Source: Trichoplax sp. H2
Taxonomy: Eukaryota
DNA: 64,000 nucleotides
NCBI GenBank assembly: GCA_003344405.1
Contig: NOWV01000117.1
Coordinates: 1 to 64,000 of the forward strand
Direction of reading: 5' to 3'
The notes below the pieces were generated by a model, which was not told the origin of the DNA, ran no database searches, and saw only the letters and a program-made list of their open reading frames with translations. How positions within the stretch are numbered: the stretch's first letter is position 1; every line of letters starts with the position of its first letter. The position numbers and the translations under genes were made by a program. Below are positions 1 to 14,183 of this stretch, one piece after another.

Positions 1-1640
1 GTTGTTTTAATCGCTTTAAACTTACCAATTTGCGCTAACCAACGTGCGTGGTATAGAAGATTTATTACCAATATATACTTGACAAACAGTATGACTACAA
101 AACATTTATCAATGATAAAACGCGAAACAATTCTAACCATAGTTCAACAATGTAAGGCAAGACTTCGATTGAAATCACGAATACAGTAGTTTTTTAATGC
201 CAATTCTAGTTTCTAACATTAGAGTGCAAATTGATATCTTGCCTCGCATCTGTCTTATTATTAATAGCCAACTTCTAGTTTTTACTGTTACCGTACGAAC
301 TCTGGATAAGAATGACCAAATCATATGCTATTGAATTCTTAACTCTTAGATACAGTACTGACTAAAGAACATAAGATTATTAACTTTTTTTTTAAGCTCT
401 ATTCTTCTTAACGGCCCAACATGGGTATATCAATGTAAAACTATAATTATACCGATATAGAGAAGCTGATATTTAATTAAGCTTGCTCAATAGTATTAAC
501 GCTGCTGCGTAAGCCCCAATCTATAAATTGGGTACCGTTTAATTGACTGCTGCAATTATCGATATGCCGTTAAATTGGTCAGAGTTAAAAATAACTTAGT
601 CAGATTATTTGCCAAGTCGTGGTAGAATTGTAATTTCTTCCAATGATTGCTAACTGTAAAACCAATTTAATTGATGCCACCATTTTTATATGATTTCGTA
701 CTACTGTACTGATTAAAGTTCTACGCTCGGTTGGATTACCATATCAAGAACTATTGCATTACATTATGCGCACATCTGACATTCTCAGATCATTACTACG
801 ATATTAGTTGTTCTACTATTGTTGACTAGATTAAATGCCTCAGTGTATGTTAATTATCATATACAAGTATGGGATAACTTTATACTAATCTCCGAACGAA
901 CAGATAGACGTAATAATGACTGTAATGTCCATGTATTTGCTGATGCGATATAAATTGGCATACCTAAATATTTCTATCCTAGGCAAAGCTGCTTTAAAGC
1001 AATAGTCTTTAAATTATTATTTGAAGAACTATATTGAATTGAATTGAATATTTTAATTCTTCTACTCTTTTTGTTCTCTTTGATAATACTTCCTATCTTA
1101 AAGAGAGTTTCCAAAATTCTATATAGCATTTTTGGTATTATATAGAGCTTGCCATTTAGATCAGTAGTCAATTTATAGCAAAAGTTCCGTTGGCATTAAA
1201 ATAGCGGCCCTATATTACGTAAATATATTTCGACATGCTTCAAATAAATAGTGGAATGGGTCATTTATGTGTACTAGCGTTGCATCCGCGTAAAGCAGAG
1301 ATCTACATTGAGACATTATATCCTTACTGAAACTATGACAGTACAATAGACTCAACCAGTATTATTGTCTTGGCTATTAAATCTCGAATTCAGAATATCA
1401 TTAGATGTTTGATGGTACATCTTTGGTTGTTTCTTTACTAATTTTTACAAATTAAAAAAGCCGACTTATACCTTATGCTATAAGCTTTTGCTATTGCATT
1501 AACTAATGAACGAATTTTTAAACCATTGATACAGCAATCACAGTAGATCATTAAGGCCTTATTACGTTGATCAATATCCTTACTAGATCCCAGTTTCTCG
1601 CGATACTAACTATTTCTCTATATTCTATAATCTTTCCAAG

Positions 1641-4555
1641 ATGTGGGGAATTTTAAGAAGGCAGAAAAATGTTCAAAAGTCATTAGGCTCAACAACCAAT
1701 GGTTCCGATACAAGTTCAGTTAAATCACAGGTATGCATTCGTATGTACCATGCCTATGTTAGGTCTGAAGTTGATAGTACCCGAAACGCTACGAATTATT
1801 TATTTACTCACTTCTGCGATATAACGAGTAGAATAATTACTTAAATAAAGCGTAACAGTCTGAAATTTCAGTGTTAACTTTAATTCTTCCATGATATATA
1901 TGTATTATTGACTTTAATTAACGATGCTTAATACATAGTCTTAGCACTCTTGACACGTTTAAATTTGTTAAATTATCAACTCGCTATTTTTTGAAATTTA
2001 GGAAGAGGACAATAATATACGAAGATCATCGTCTGCGTCAGACGATAGTGAAGGTGTTGAAGCAGAAAGTTGTAGACGAGAATTAGAAGATCGAGCCCGC
2101 GTGTCTTTAGACAGAGCCAAGGTTAATATAGAAGTATTGTCTATGAGCCACTGCTAGTACTTCTTTATTACTCTTCTGTTACTTATTGTTATTGTTTGTG
2201 ACAATCTGATGTAGTCTAAGACCATTGCCTTTGCTGTACGGGCAAATGTCGGTTTTAACGGTTCCGTTGACGATGACTCTCCGCTCCCTGGATATGCTGT
2301 ATCATTTGATTCGAAAAGTTTCTTGCATGTCATCGAAGTAAGTTATTATTCTTCTTCTTCTTGTTTATGTCAGTTTGCATCACGAACACCTAAACTACTG
2401 ATAAATTTTCTACTATAATTTTATAATATATTTTCTAACAAAAACTTGCCTGTAAATTGCTAAAGGAATTTAATGAAGAATGGTGGATCGGAAGAGTTGT
2501 CAAAGTTGGTGCTGGATTTGGTTTTGTGCCTAGGTACTACAACCGATAGTGTTTTTATCTCATGATCATTACTGTTTACTAGTGTTATAATCGACGCTTT
2601 TACGGATCGAATGCTTTTGCTATATTTATTTTTGCCAATGTAATGTAGCCCAACAAAATTTGAAAATTTGAAACTGCAAAGCAGTATTACGTCCATCAAA
2701 TCAATTCCCAGAACTACTGCTAGGTACTAATATTAAAAAATATGTTAACTAAGCCATTGTAATGTCGAATATGCATTATTTTATTGCATTAGTAAATAAT
2801 AATATATTTTCGTTGTTGTAATAGATCTATCAGCAATCAAAATTATTTTAGTTACTACGTCAAGGAAGCTTCGACGTTTGTTGGTGCGACTGCTTCAGGT
2901 TTGCACTTTTATTGGACAGGATTTGTACTTTAGGTTGATAGCCTTACCATTCGTATTGTTATCAATAGGGATTGATGAAATTTCTTCTCCACGTACTGTT
3001 GATATAACTTGCGAAGACGAGGAGGAATTCCCTGATGTCAAAGAAGAGCGTTCAGGAACCGGTCTTTCTGGCATTCGATCGAAAAGAATACTTTTTAAGA
3101 AGGTAAGTTTTAGCAATTACCTAGATATTCTTATCTTGCTGTTGTTCTTATACTCATTTACGTTTATGGAGAATTAAACCTAATCTGTTCTTATTACCGT
3201 TAGATGGATTCTCAGTCACCTTACGACATCGTTCCCATAATGCGACCAATCGTTCTAGTTGGTCCATCATTAAAGCAATATGAAGTAAGATTTACTGTAT
3301 TATTCTATCTGTATACCAAGTATTTATTTACGTATTTGATCTTAAAGTTGATAGTTACTAAGTTTGATACTGATTTTACTGTGTCTTTCTTGAATTATAA
3401 GGTTACAGATATGTTACATAAGGCCCTGTTAGACTATTTGAAGCAGAAATTCGCTGGAAGGTATAGTAAATGTGAATATTACTGATTTGAAATTAAGCAC
3501 TGATAATCATGCTAAAGTAAAAATTTGATTGTGATAAGTAAATGGAAATTCATGCCAAGGATAACATATTTATTATATTATTATTCGCTTCAATGTAGAA
3601 TTGCTTTTATGAAAGTGACTGCAGATTTTAGTTTAGCTAAAAAGATGACGCCACAAGCCGCAAGTAAAATTGCTGTAATGGAAAAAAACAGTAATAAATT
3701 CTCAGGATTAGGTATTACCTTTTGCTAATATATACTTTGTTTGAATGTAAATGAGCGCATCTTAAATTATCGTTTCAAGATGCACGATATCTATTTTACG
3801 GGCTATTTCCATAATATTATATCGATGCAATTCTATCTATAGCTTATTAATAAGGTTTTATACACTTATAGTGGAAGTATCCAATACTGTTAAAAGAGTA
3901 TTTGAAATGGCTAAGAATAATATGCAGTTATTGGTCCTTGAAAGTGATGCAATTAATCATCCCTCTCAAATATCGAAAACAAATTTAGCCCCATTGATTT
4001 TTTACGTGAAAATAGACAATGTTAAAGTATGTTACAAACTGAAAATTTATTTAAAAATATTAGATATTTCTTTACAAAAACTAAATAAAATATTTTACGC
4101 TGTTATCCATGTGCAATAGGTTTTACAACGGTTAATCAAATCTCGTGGAAAGAGTCAGAGTAAATATATGAATGCTCAGTTGGTTGCTGCAGAGAAATTG
4201 CAATTATGTAATGAGGTTAGTAATTACTATCATAAAAGTAGATTATGCCTGCCTATATGTGATTTTACTAAGAAATTATAACATTGGATTGCTACAGGAT
4301 CAATTTGCAGCTATTTTAAATGAAAATCTATTACGTGAAGCATGTGAACATCTTGGTGATACATTGGAAGAATATTGGTTAGCTTGTCATCCACCTTCGA
4401 GTGTCTCTCGCAATCAATCAGCTAACTGTTCACCAGCTAGAAGTCGACATGATACATTGCATAATGTATCAAGGCACCAAACACCTAAAAATTCGCCTAA
4501 ACTTCCGCAAAGACTGCATAATTTTCTTTCAAGATCCTCTAGTAATAAAACGTAA
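1641..4555 (+). CDS. CACNB: Voltage-gated calcium channel beta subunit (SH3-HOOK-GK), ~13 coding exons
   Basis: Spliced translation gives [56 protein letters not shown] (SH3), then [119 protein letters not shown] (GK). The ATG at 1641 directly follows an acceptor-like ctttccaag, so an upstream exon is possible. Confidence 0.95.
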
Positions 4556-5531
4556 TGATGTTTGTGCCAATGTCATATTTAATCATATCTTTTTGCTATA
4601 TTATATCATATAATCACCGCCAAGGTTATCATAGAAGGATTGCTAATATTTTGTGACCTTGCTTCGTTACCTATATTAGAACGGTTATTGTTGAAGCATT
4701 TCTAAAGCTATTAGTTAGCTTTTTAGTTTATTCGAACGACTGGCTTGAAGTCTTTGTATTTATATTCATGCATCATTAGGTGTGAGAATGACATGGAAGG
4801 GAATATAGTATCAATTCCTTTCATCTCATGACAACACTTAACTCATCACTATGCTTTCATGTTACTAGACGAATACAATTGATCTCGTAGTTCTTTTTTT
4901 ATCCGTGTCCGTACACTATGCAGTGAGCACAGCTTACGTAACTATTATTATTGAGTTAATTTTTTTCTTTTAATAACACAACCTCAAAAGCTCGCTACGG
5001 ATTAACTGCGCTACGTAGGTTTACCGCTGTATGAAATACCGTATACCGCATAATGCAGATATATATATTTGACCTTTCGGTCCTATTGGCAATATTGTAA
5101 TATAATAATTATGATTATAGCAGGGCACGCTTGGACTTAAGCCTTAATCAATATAAATATCTTAACCGATGTGTTTCCATCAATTTTACTATTTATTAAT
5201 TGCACGTCCAATATCAGCACATATAGTCATTGGATGTTATTTATGACAAAATTTTTAACGTATCCGATAAGATTAGCGTATAATATTTTACTTCTATTGA
5301 AATTATTTGAGGCTAAATAAATAATAAATTATTTATTGCACTACCTTTTCTGTATTGGTTAGTTTCTTTTTGGTATTCATGCGCAGACGACTAAATAGCC
5401 TAGTACAATCAGGTATTTGCTATTTGTAGCAGATCCTGAAAATTTGTAAAGTACAATATCATTAACTCTGTAGTACATTAAGGGAGAATTCTCTAAGAAT
5501 GGAGAGCATTCCTGTATTTGATCCAGCACTC

Positions 5532-5728
5532 TTAGATGCATCTGTAATTGAACCGCGGCCGCTGGTATGGCTAACAACAACGTGCCATAGCAATAAAAAG
5601 AACATTCAAAGCATTTTATTACATATTGTAGAGTAAGGATATAATGACATCCGCAATTAATTAATTACCTTTGAATACTCATCGACTGGAGTCTTGGAAA
5701 TTTTTTCAAGCTTTGTTAAATTTGACAT
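5532..5728 (-). CDS. Candidate 2-exon micro-ORF (32 aa, MSNLTKLEKISKTPVDEYSK|PYQRPRFNYRCI) or exons of a non-coding transcript
   Basis: In-frame 98-nt intron 5571-5668 (AAG|gtaatt ... ttgttgttag). Minus-strand AATAAA near 5333-5338. No homology recognised. Confidence 0.25.
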
Positions 5729-6198
5729 CTATACCAAACCGTGCATTGTATTTACTCGATAGACTGTATACCTGTAAAGTTTCTGCTGATACCCGTAATA
5801 TGCAATATCTACCATCAAAAGATTATTACGAACTCAGATTTTTTTTGTAGCGTCCTATGCAATTGTATTGCAGTTACAGAATTAACTAAGGCTAAAGTTA
5901 TGAGATTGTTCGAAAATACATTACAGAGTAGTTCAAGTCGGTATTGTTCAAGGTACCAAGTGTACATGCATATATATAACAATAAAGTAAAGTTATACAA
6001 GAAATTGTAGTTCTTGCTATAATATTTTGGAGAGAGCTTATAAAACCAATATAAAATTACGATTCGAATAACATAACTTCCATCTTAAAATAGCGGAAAA
6101 TATTCATGATAGTGAAACAAACATATTGTAGCGTAGGGAAGCTGATCGATTGATCTCAATGCCTTTTTCCGTCTATCCAGGCCTCTGTAATCGTCCTC

Positions 6199-6226
6199 TC
6201 CACAGTCCACACTCCACAGTCCACAG
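6199..6226. repeat. (TCCACAG)x4 heptamer repeat upstream of ESF1
   Basis: tccacag tccacac tccacag tccacag, about 210 bp upstream of the ESF1 ATG. Confidence 0.85.
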
Positions 6227-6436
6227 CGCAGTTTCGCAGTTTTACTGTAGGTCTAAACCATCAGCATGTTGTATACTACAAAGTACATGACCGTAAGATT
6301 TCATATTGCTATTACTATCGCGCACACTAAATTCAGTAGCTAGAGTCTCAAATATCATTTGAAGGCTGAACCAGACCAATCCATCAGCTACACATTGCTA
6401 CCTGGTTACCGTGTAGAAAGACCAAGAGAATTAGCA

Positions 6437-9400
6437 ATGGATGACGAGAGATTTGCTCATATTTCCTATGATCCCAAATTTAAGGTAATTCTCAGTCATA
6501 ATGCATGTAATAAATCGGTTATAGTAAGTAAAATGGATCTATATTGTAGAGATCAGGCGGCCAGTGCCAACTGTAGACGATCACTTGTTATTTGGCTTAA
6601 TTTGCGTAATGACTTTTGCTCGAGGACGAAAATTAAGCCGGCTATAAAATCATTTATAAAGATCATTCAGTTCTCAGTCGATCTTTGAAGTAAAATCAGT
6701 AACAGAATGGAGAATTACCTTCATTTGCTAATTTTTTAAATGCTAAAGTTGCGCTAGATAGCAAATAGATTATGAGATAGAAATCATGTCAATGGCTTAA
6801 ATTTACCACTGACAGCCAGGACGACTTGCATATAGCAACCTTGTCTTTCTGCATTATTTACATGGGAGTATCAATAGCATCTTGCTGAGCGTCTTAGTTT
6901 TAGTGACAGTCTATAAAATGAACAAATTATGTTCTAGTTGTAGCAGATACAAATTTTATCATTTCTTACTCGAAATAGAGTAATCAACTTTTGTCTCGTA
7001 GTAGTATAGCCTTATATCGAAGCTTCAAGTAGCATGTAGAAGGAGTTAAACTCTGAGTGAGATTGTAGCAATACCCTGCTAGAGCAAGTGTACTGTCTGC
7101 TCATAGTAGTTTATCAATATTGATATGCTGCTGCTACCTATCGGTTTGAGATTTATATTATTAAATTATAGTAATTTAAAACAATTTGATCTGTTCATAA
7201 TATGAGGTATATTACAGTATGTACATCATAAATGACTTATACATTAACAGAAGCAAGGCTTTTAAGGAAATGCTATTATCATGATTGCCCATACCTCATT
7301 AGTTGGATTAATCGATCTTTTAAATCTCTTTGTTTACAGAAAATTTCGCGTCAGCAGCGAAAAGTTGTCATCGATGCTCGATTTAAGCGCATGTTTGAGG
7401 ATAAATCCTTCAAGACGATCTGTAAGCTATAACTAAAATTTTAGAAATTTGCTACTGCTAGTGGCAATTTATGTAATGTATGCATTGTACGATAAGATTC
7501 ATGGCTCAATGAGGATATTCTAACAATGATCTACAATTCTACTTCGCGGTGAAAACATTTTGAAATTACATATTAAAAGTATTTAGTCGTAAATAACTAA
7601 TAGATAATGTTTCAATACTGTACATTGTTATATGTCCCTTTTAAGAAGAACTAGTGACACTAAAACCTTGCAGAATTAATCCATGTTAGATTTTTGATAA
7701 CTTTTCTAAATTAGGATGATGATCTATACGCAATGAATTAGATTACTTAAGGAGTTGCCTTGGGTGTATCGCCACTAACTTAAACTGTGCTTATACCGCA
7801 TCCGTACTAGCATTGATAGAATCCTGACAATCTTGTGACTTTTCCAATTTATTATAGATACCGTCGACAAGCGAGGTAAAAAAAGTACTGAAACATCCAC
7901 CGAAAATCTGCGTAAATTCTATGAACTGGACGATGATGATGGTAAGAGTTCGTATCGTTTTACTTACATAGCACATTCAGTTAATGCTTGATCTGTGTAC
8001 CTACGTGAAAATTATTATAATTTGTCTTATCATTGTATTTTCAATTAGGAGATAGTGATGATGATCACGAGGAACATCAATCTATAGAAGGGTAAGCATA
8101 CTTAGTTAATGGATAGCATAGTTGATAGCAGCAGCCTTATTAGCTTTGATTTGAAAGGCTGGCATAAGTACGATAAAATCGAAAGAACGTTTTTTAACCG
8201 TGAAGATACATTTATGCAGTGCTGAAGCAATAATACTAGATCTGAGATTATTTACCTAACTATTATTTTTGTGATGTGAACAAAAGTTCCGGTAAAGATG
8301 GCATCCGAAAAGACAAAAGGAAAAGTATGAGAAATTTGTAAGCAACTACTGTTAGCATGGAACTTTAAAGTTTTTTTGCAAATATGTGTCTATGATATTT
8401 TAGTGGATAACTCTTCGACTAGTCGTGAAGTAGAAAGCTCCGAAACTTCCGAGGACGATGATAGTGAAAAGTCAAGTGGTGAATATAGCGAGGATGAAGT
8501 TAGTGACGAAGACGCAAGTGATACTAGTAGTAGCAGTAGCAGTTCAGAAGACGAAGATAGTTCAACGGATGGTAAACCTGGAGAGGTAGATTTTTGATAT
8601 TTTTGAGAAGAGCAAATTATGGATGTAAACTTTAAAATTTCTCAACTCATTTGAAATACTATTTATTAGAAGTGTACGAAATCTATTATTGTTGTCATTA
8701 GGAAATCGTACACCCTTGGGGAGAAATAGAAAATGTAGTCCACGCTGAGGATGTCACATCCCGCTTTGCTGTGTGCAACTTAAACTGGGAATTAATTACT
8801 GCGGATGATTTATTTGGTGTGAATATTTCTCACTTTCTCAAAAGCACAAATAATTTAGTGATACTTTACTAATATTGCAAATGACACGCAAACTTTAGCA
8901 CTCTTCTACTCTTTTAAACCAAGAACTGGAATTATAAAATCCGTTAAGGTACTTTATGATCGTTCATAACGTGTTTTCTTGACCATTTATTTAGACGAGA
9001 TTTTGTTAGTTCTTAGTCATAATTTCATTACATGTAATCATTATATTAGATTTATCCTTCCGAATTTGGATTAGAACGTATGGCTGCCGAAGAATGTCAA
9101 GGGCCAGGAAAATTTATTGATACAGATGAAAATGTTCAGGAGGAAATTTCTGAGGTAGCATTACTGAAAATTGATACAGCAGATAAAATTGCTAAAAAGT
9201 CGATATTGGTTTGATGTACTTCCGTTTTTTTTAGGGGTCTGAATATGCAAAAGAAAAAATTAGGCAATACGAATTAAGTAAACTAAAGTACTTTTATGCA
9301 GTGGTTGAGTGCGATTCCCCTGGTAATTCTATATATGTAAACGTACGTGAGGCATTACGAATATGGCACTATTATCGAACTTTTTGTATGTACTTGCATC

Positions 9401-11996
9401 TTATAGGCACTGCAAATGCTATTTATGAAGAATGTGACGGTTTCGAATACGAATTAGGAGCCAGCCGTATCGATTTAAGGTTTTTAAGCTCTTCAGTTCC
9501 TGAAATTAAATACTTCATCATTACTGTGCTTATGCACCTTCATATTTACATACCCAGTCTTGTCTTGATAGATTTATCCCGGATGATATGAAATTTGACC
9601 TGGAACCACATTCAGTTGCCCTAGAATTACCAACAATATCAGACAGTAAATCCCAGACGTACGTCTAGATATAGCTGAGTCTTTGCTGTTTTGAGAGTAT
9701 TATTTAATACTTTGTCTTATCAAAGAAGTTCTAAATTGTCTGGCCATTCTTCTGTTAATTTATCAACTTTGAAAGTTTGCTATATGAACATTGCAACAAA
9801 ATTATGTTTTTAGTTATCGTGTAAATGCACTTCAAAGTACTAATATCCAATTGACATGGGATGGCGTTGATAAGCAAAGATCAAATTTGATGAAAAAAAA
9901 GTAAGACTTTGCCTGATTTTTTATTTTGCTATTCAATCAACAGCTTTCGCAATGTTGTAAGTTTGATGCAAAATAAACTTGTTTCATCAGGTTTACTGAA
10001 GCTGAGATTAATGATATGGATATCAAAGCCTATATTGCCTCATCTAGTGATGAAGATGCAAAGTATACTTCAAATTTTTTTACCTAGTTTAATGTAGTAA
10101 ATTAACTTCTAACATGCTGCACTATCTACCTTTCACGTCTAATATGCAATCTCTGTGTGTATACAGAGAAGAGAGCGATAACGACGGCAAAGCGAATTTA
10201 AAGAATAAATATCAGGTATGATCATATCTCACGATGTAAAGTTATTGATTTGAAGTGATTTCTTTGTTTATTTTGTAACTTCTAACTGTACATGTTTTTA
10301 ACAGGCATTGGTACAAAGTGCTAAAAGCGATGGCGAAGATGATGAAGAGGAAATGGAAATCACGTGGGAAACAGGTAAATTCTCTTTATTATCATTCTTC
10401 TGTATCTATAGGAAAATATCTGATATGGCAATGCAATTTTAAAGGCCTTACCGATATGGCTGAAGAAATAGCTTCTAAAACTAAAGGTAAAGTTAGAAGT
10501 GATTACTTGAATGCTTTAAAAATGTCGTTTATAGCGTAATACGGAGAAGCCTAACATTTTTCGTATCGAATTTATAGAAAAGTTAATGAATAAGGGTCTT
10601 ACACCATGGGAAAAGTATTTGCAAAAGAGGAAGGAAAAAAAGAAAGAAAAACGACTTGCTCATAAGGTTTGTTCCAGTATTGAAATACTGTCTATATTCA
10701 GTATAACAGACGTAACTTTGAGGCTGTGAACTTTACAAAATATTAATGTAGACAACTAGAAATGAAGATATATCAGATGTGCCTGCTGACATTGACATAA
10801 ATGATCCATTCTTTGCTGACGAGCTTAAGAATAGGCGTAAGGTAAGGTTTACAATTCCATTCGGCTTTTTATGACCATTTGATCCTAAAATGCTCTTTCA
10901 AATTTGATTTGTAATTATAATAAAATAGACTTCTAATGAGCGTAATGAAAAGAAATCAAAACGACAGCTAACTAAAGAAGAGCTGAATCGATCCGCGGAA
11001 GAGAAATCAAAATTAGAGTTACTAGTTTTAGATAGTGATAATAGCAGAAGCCATTTTAATATGAATGTTAGTTTCCAGTCACTATGACTTTACGTTTTGC
11101 AATTACTTGTAATTTGTTCAAATTAATTTTCGATAATGGTTATTATTTGTAGTCACTAGAAATTAACAATCCCAAAAAGAAGAAAAGGAAACTGGATACT
11201 AATGATTCCAAGGATGTTCGTTTCACAACTTGATCATAACTTTATAGTCATGCAATAATGTAGTCACTTAGTAACGATTCAAATCACTGCTATTGCTTTG
11301 CTTTACTTTTGCGTGACGGAAGGTTCTATATTACATTTATTAGGCGCCAGAAGATAATTTTGCAATTGACGTTAATGATACGAGATTTAATGCCTTATAC
11401 AACTCGCATGAATTTGCAATTGACCCTTCGGATTCCCTATACCGGTAAGTATCAAAGCTGAAGCGAACACGACATGTATTGACTCTTCGCGTTGACTTGA
11501 AATGGATATTTCAAATGGGACTTTGTATACTGTAGGAAAACAAAAGGAATGGAAACGTTACTTAAAGAGCGACAGCGAAGAAGACGAAATGGCGACGAGA
11601 ACGCTGACAGTAGTAGCAATAGCGGTAGGTAAACGTATAAGGCTGAGGAGATTAACCCGATCAGCATAATAGGATAGCTACAAAAAGAGTGAGATTTGAA
11701 ATAAATTATTCTAATAATTACTTTATTATTAACATGTCCATTTAATTACATAAAGCTAAGAACAATAGCCAAATGAAAGATAAAAGGTATAAATACATAA
11801 TTAATTTCCGATAATGAAAGATATTCTGTGTATGATATCATTACTTGGCTGCTAAGAACCAACTCTACGATCATATTCACATAAATATAGTATATCTGCA
11901 CTTGTAAAGTCTGTAAAAGCCAAATCTTTGCATCTTCACGGCAAGAAATCAAGCCGATTACATGGAAGAAAAAAAGATGGAAATAATGCAACATAA
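6437..11996 (+). CDS. ESF1: ESF1 nucleolar pre-rRNA processing protein (NUC153 domain), ~20+ exons
   Basis: MDDERFAHISYDPKFK|..RKVVIDARFKRMFEDK..TVDKRGK, acidic tract, TSRFAVCNLNWELITADDLF, IYPSEFGLERMAAEE, IRQYELSKLKYFYAVVECDS, IYEECDGFEYE..RIDLRFIPDDM, MEITWETG, FAIDVNDTRFNALYNSHEFAIDPSD (NUC153), terminal ISALVKSVKAKS...NAT*. Confidence 0.95.
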
Positions 11997-12451
11997 GCAC
12001 ATATCACGCAGGTACAACAATACTAAATACAGTAAAGCAGACATACTTTTATGTATTTTATTACATAAAATACGCTGAATCTAATCTTAGCGCTATTAAT
12101 ATTTATAATTTCATAGATTGGCATTCGTATATGGCATCAATTGAAAAAATATTAAATTGCAGGATACTGCAGTATATGTCGGAATGATACAGAGTTGTTG
12201 GTTACAAATTGGATTGATATATATTTAAATTACGAGATATTAATGCCGTATTGAAACTTTCATTTTTACTTGATATAAATGCAAGTGTTATATTTGTTAC
12301 TGATATATAAAACTGAGGAGTTATTCCAATTTTACGAAAACCTTTCAAATAAAATGGTCTAAACAAAATATGGACATTGCCTCATTCTTTTGTTAACACT
12401 AGTATTACCGTAGTAGCTAAAGTTTAAATTGAATAGTAAGGTTTAGGTTTT

Positions 12452-14183
12452 TCATGTAACATTTTTCAAATCAGCTGTAAATAGAACCTAGATAAGCATA
12501 TAAGAGCAAAATAGAAACGAATTTAGCGTAGCAAATATTATGTATATCCAATCTGTTAAATATTCAATTATTCTATTGACTTTAATATTAGGCATAATTA
12601 CAGAGTGTGCCCATCCAGCATAAGGGCCGTAGAGTTTTAAGAAATATTCACCTAAATAATAAAAATAGACCGTAGATAATGTGTTATTTGTAGTCAAGAA
12701 GCAATTCATGACTTAATTTTAAACTAATTTGATATTTATGATATCATTTGTTTCGTTACTTACTAATCTCAGTATAAGCTTTTCCCGTAAGTGATTTTTG
12801 TTTTCGGAGGCCTGGAATGTAATATCTTGATGAAATCTGAAAGACATGTGTATCTACCGGTACAACCGAAGGCTTATCTAAAGACATTAAGCAAATGCAG
12901 TCAGCTACTTTAGCTCCAACACCATATAACTGCCGCAGCTGTTGCTGGCATTCTTTGTACGGAGTCTGACGAAGTGAATATAGCCAAGCGACACTAGGAT
13001 AACCAATACGAATCCGATTTAGCTTGAGAGATAAATTTTTTAAAATTTGCTATAATGGTGCAACGATTAGTTAATTTTACCCTTTCTTATTCAAAATCTT
13101 TGCAGATTCATTGATGTACTTTGCACGGTAGCCAAATCCCATATCACGCATCACTTTCTCTGCATCATGCTGTGCTAAAGCTGCAATCTCAGGAAACTGA
13201 TAATAATCGATGCCATCGACATTCAAAAGTCTAACATAGTTTAACAGTATAAGAAGAGTTCAATTTCGCCTAACGAAAACGTTCTTCTTACATGTATGCC
13301 TAATATAATGAATTAATTTTTATCGCGAAGTTATGAGTTTGACCTACTTTCGACCATATCTTTTGCATAGATTACCAACCATACCGGTAATTCTGGAAAT
13401 ATTATTATTTGATGAGCATATAAAGGAGAATAAATTTTCTACAGGATCTTGTCTAAGAATACGAATTCCGGTCATTGAAGTAGCAACTTTAGCAAAATTA
13501 CTATCAGCTTTACTCCATTCAGCATACAGTTGTCTTAAATTGACATCTAGCTGAAAATAGTCTTTAATGATAGAGTCAAAGGTTTGGTATTGGCTCTCAA
13601 TGGCATCCATGCTTTCTAAACGAATATAATTAATGTTAAGGAGCTAGCAATTTCTAATGTGACATGTTCACTCGATGACCAAGTCGCTAGCAATTGCTTT
13701 TAATCTACAAATAGCTTAGTGTACATAATATAGAAGAGTTAATTACATGAAGAAAGGGTAATTTTCACATTCAATATGGACAGGTCTTACCCTCCAATCT
13801 GTAGCATTATTGAATGCAAACTATTACGAATTTTTCAACAAGTTACCTTGGTAACCAGCTCCCTTCTTGGCAATCACATGCCGCCGACCGAGGTCAGTAC
13901 CAGCTTTCCTCTTCCTTTTCGATGAAACCTTGGTATCTTTCCATGGTCCATGAATCATGTATAATAAATTTTCATCATTTCTATCTTGTTTTAACGTCCA
14001 TACCATCTCGGCAATTACTCCACGCCATGACGCTTGAGTATCACCATCTACTGTTGCTGTTTCGTTCTCGCGAGCGATCTTTCTCCAAGTAAATTGTTGA
14101 CCACTTTGTAATGTCTTACTTAAATTTAGCTCACCCCTAGGTAATTTAATTACACGCCAAGTTTTGAACAGCGACTCTGCCAT
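12452..14183 (-). CDS. OGG1: 8-oxoguanine DNA glycosylase/AP lyase, ~6 exons
   Basis: [69 protein letters not shown], Hh[33 protein letters not shown] (catalytic Lys and Asp present), [17 protein letters not shown]. Confidence 0.96.

Noticed and set aside
5772-6083. Chain of 18-, 21- and 37-nt micro-exons extending the micro-ORF to 65 aa
   Set aside because: In frame, but needs introns of about 25, 43 and 44 nt, well below the sizes seen in the confident genes here.
7716-7827. Box C (ATGATGA) / box D (CTGA) snoRNA candidate in ESF1 intron 2
   Set aside because: No terminal stem, no convincing rRNA antisense element, and only ~30 nt from the acceptor.
13791-13798. 8-nt micro-exon (ATTGGAGG) in OGG1
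   Set aside because: Good-looking splice sites, but inclusion breaks phase; direct splicing works without it.
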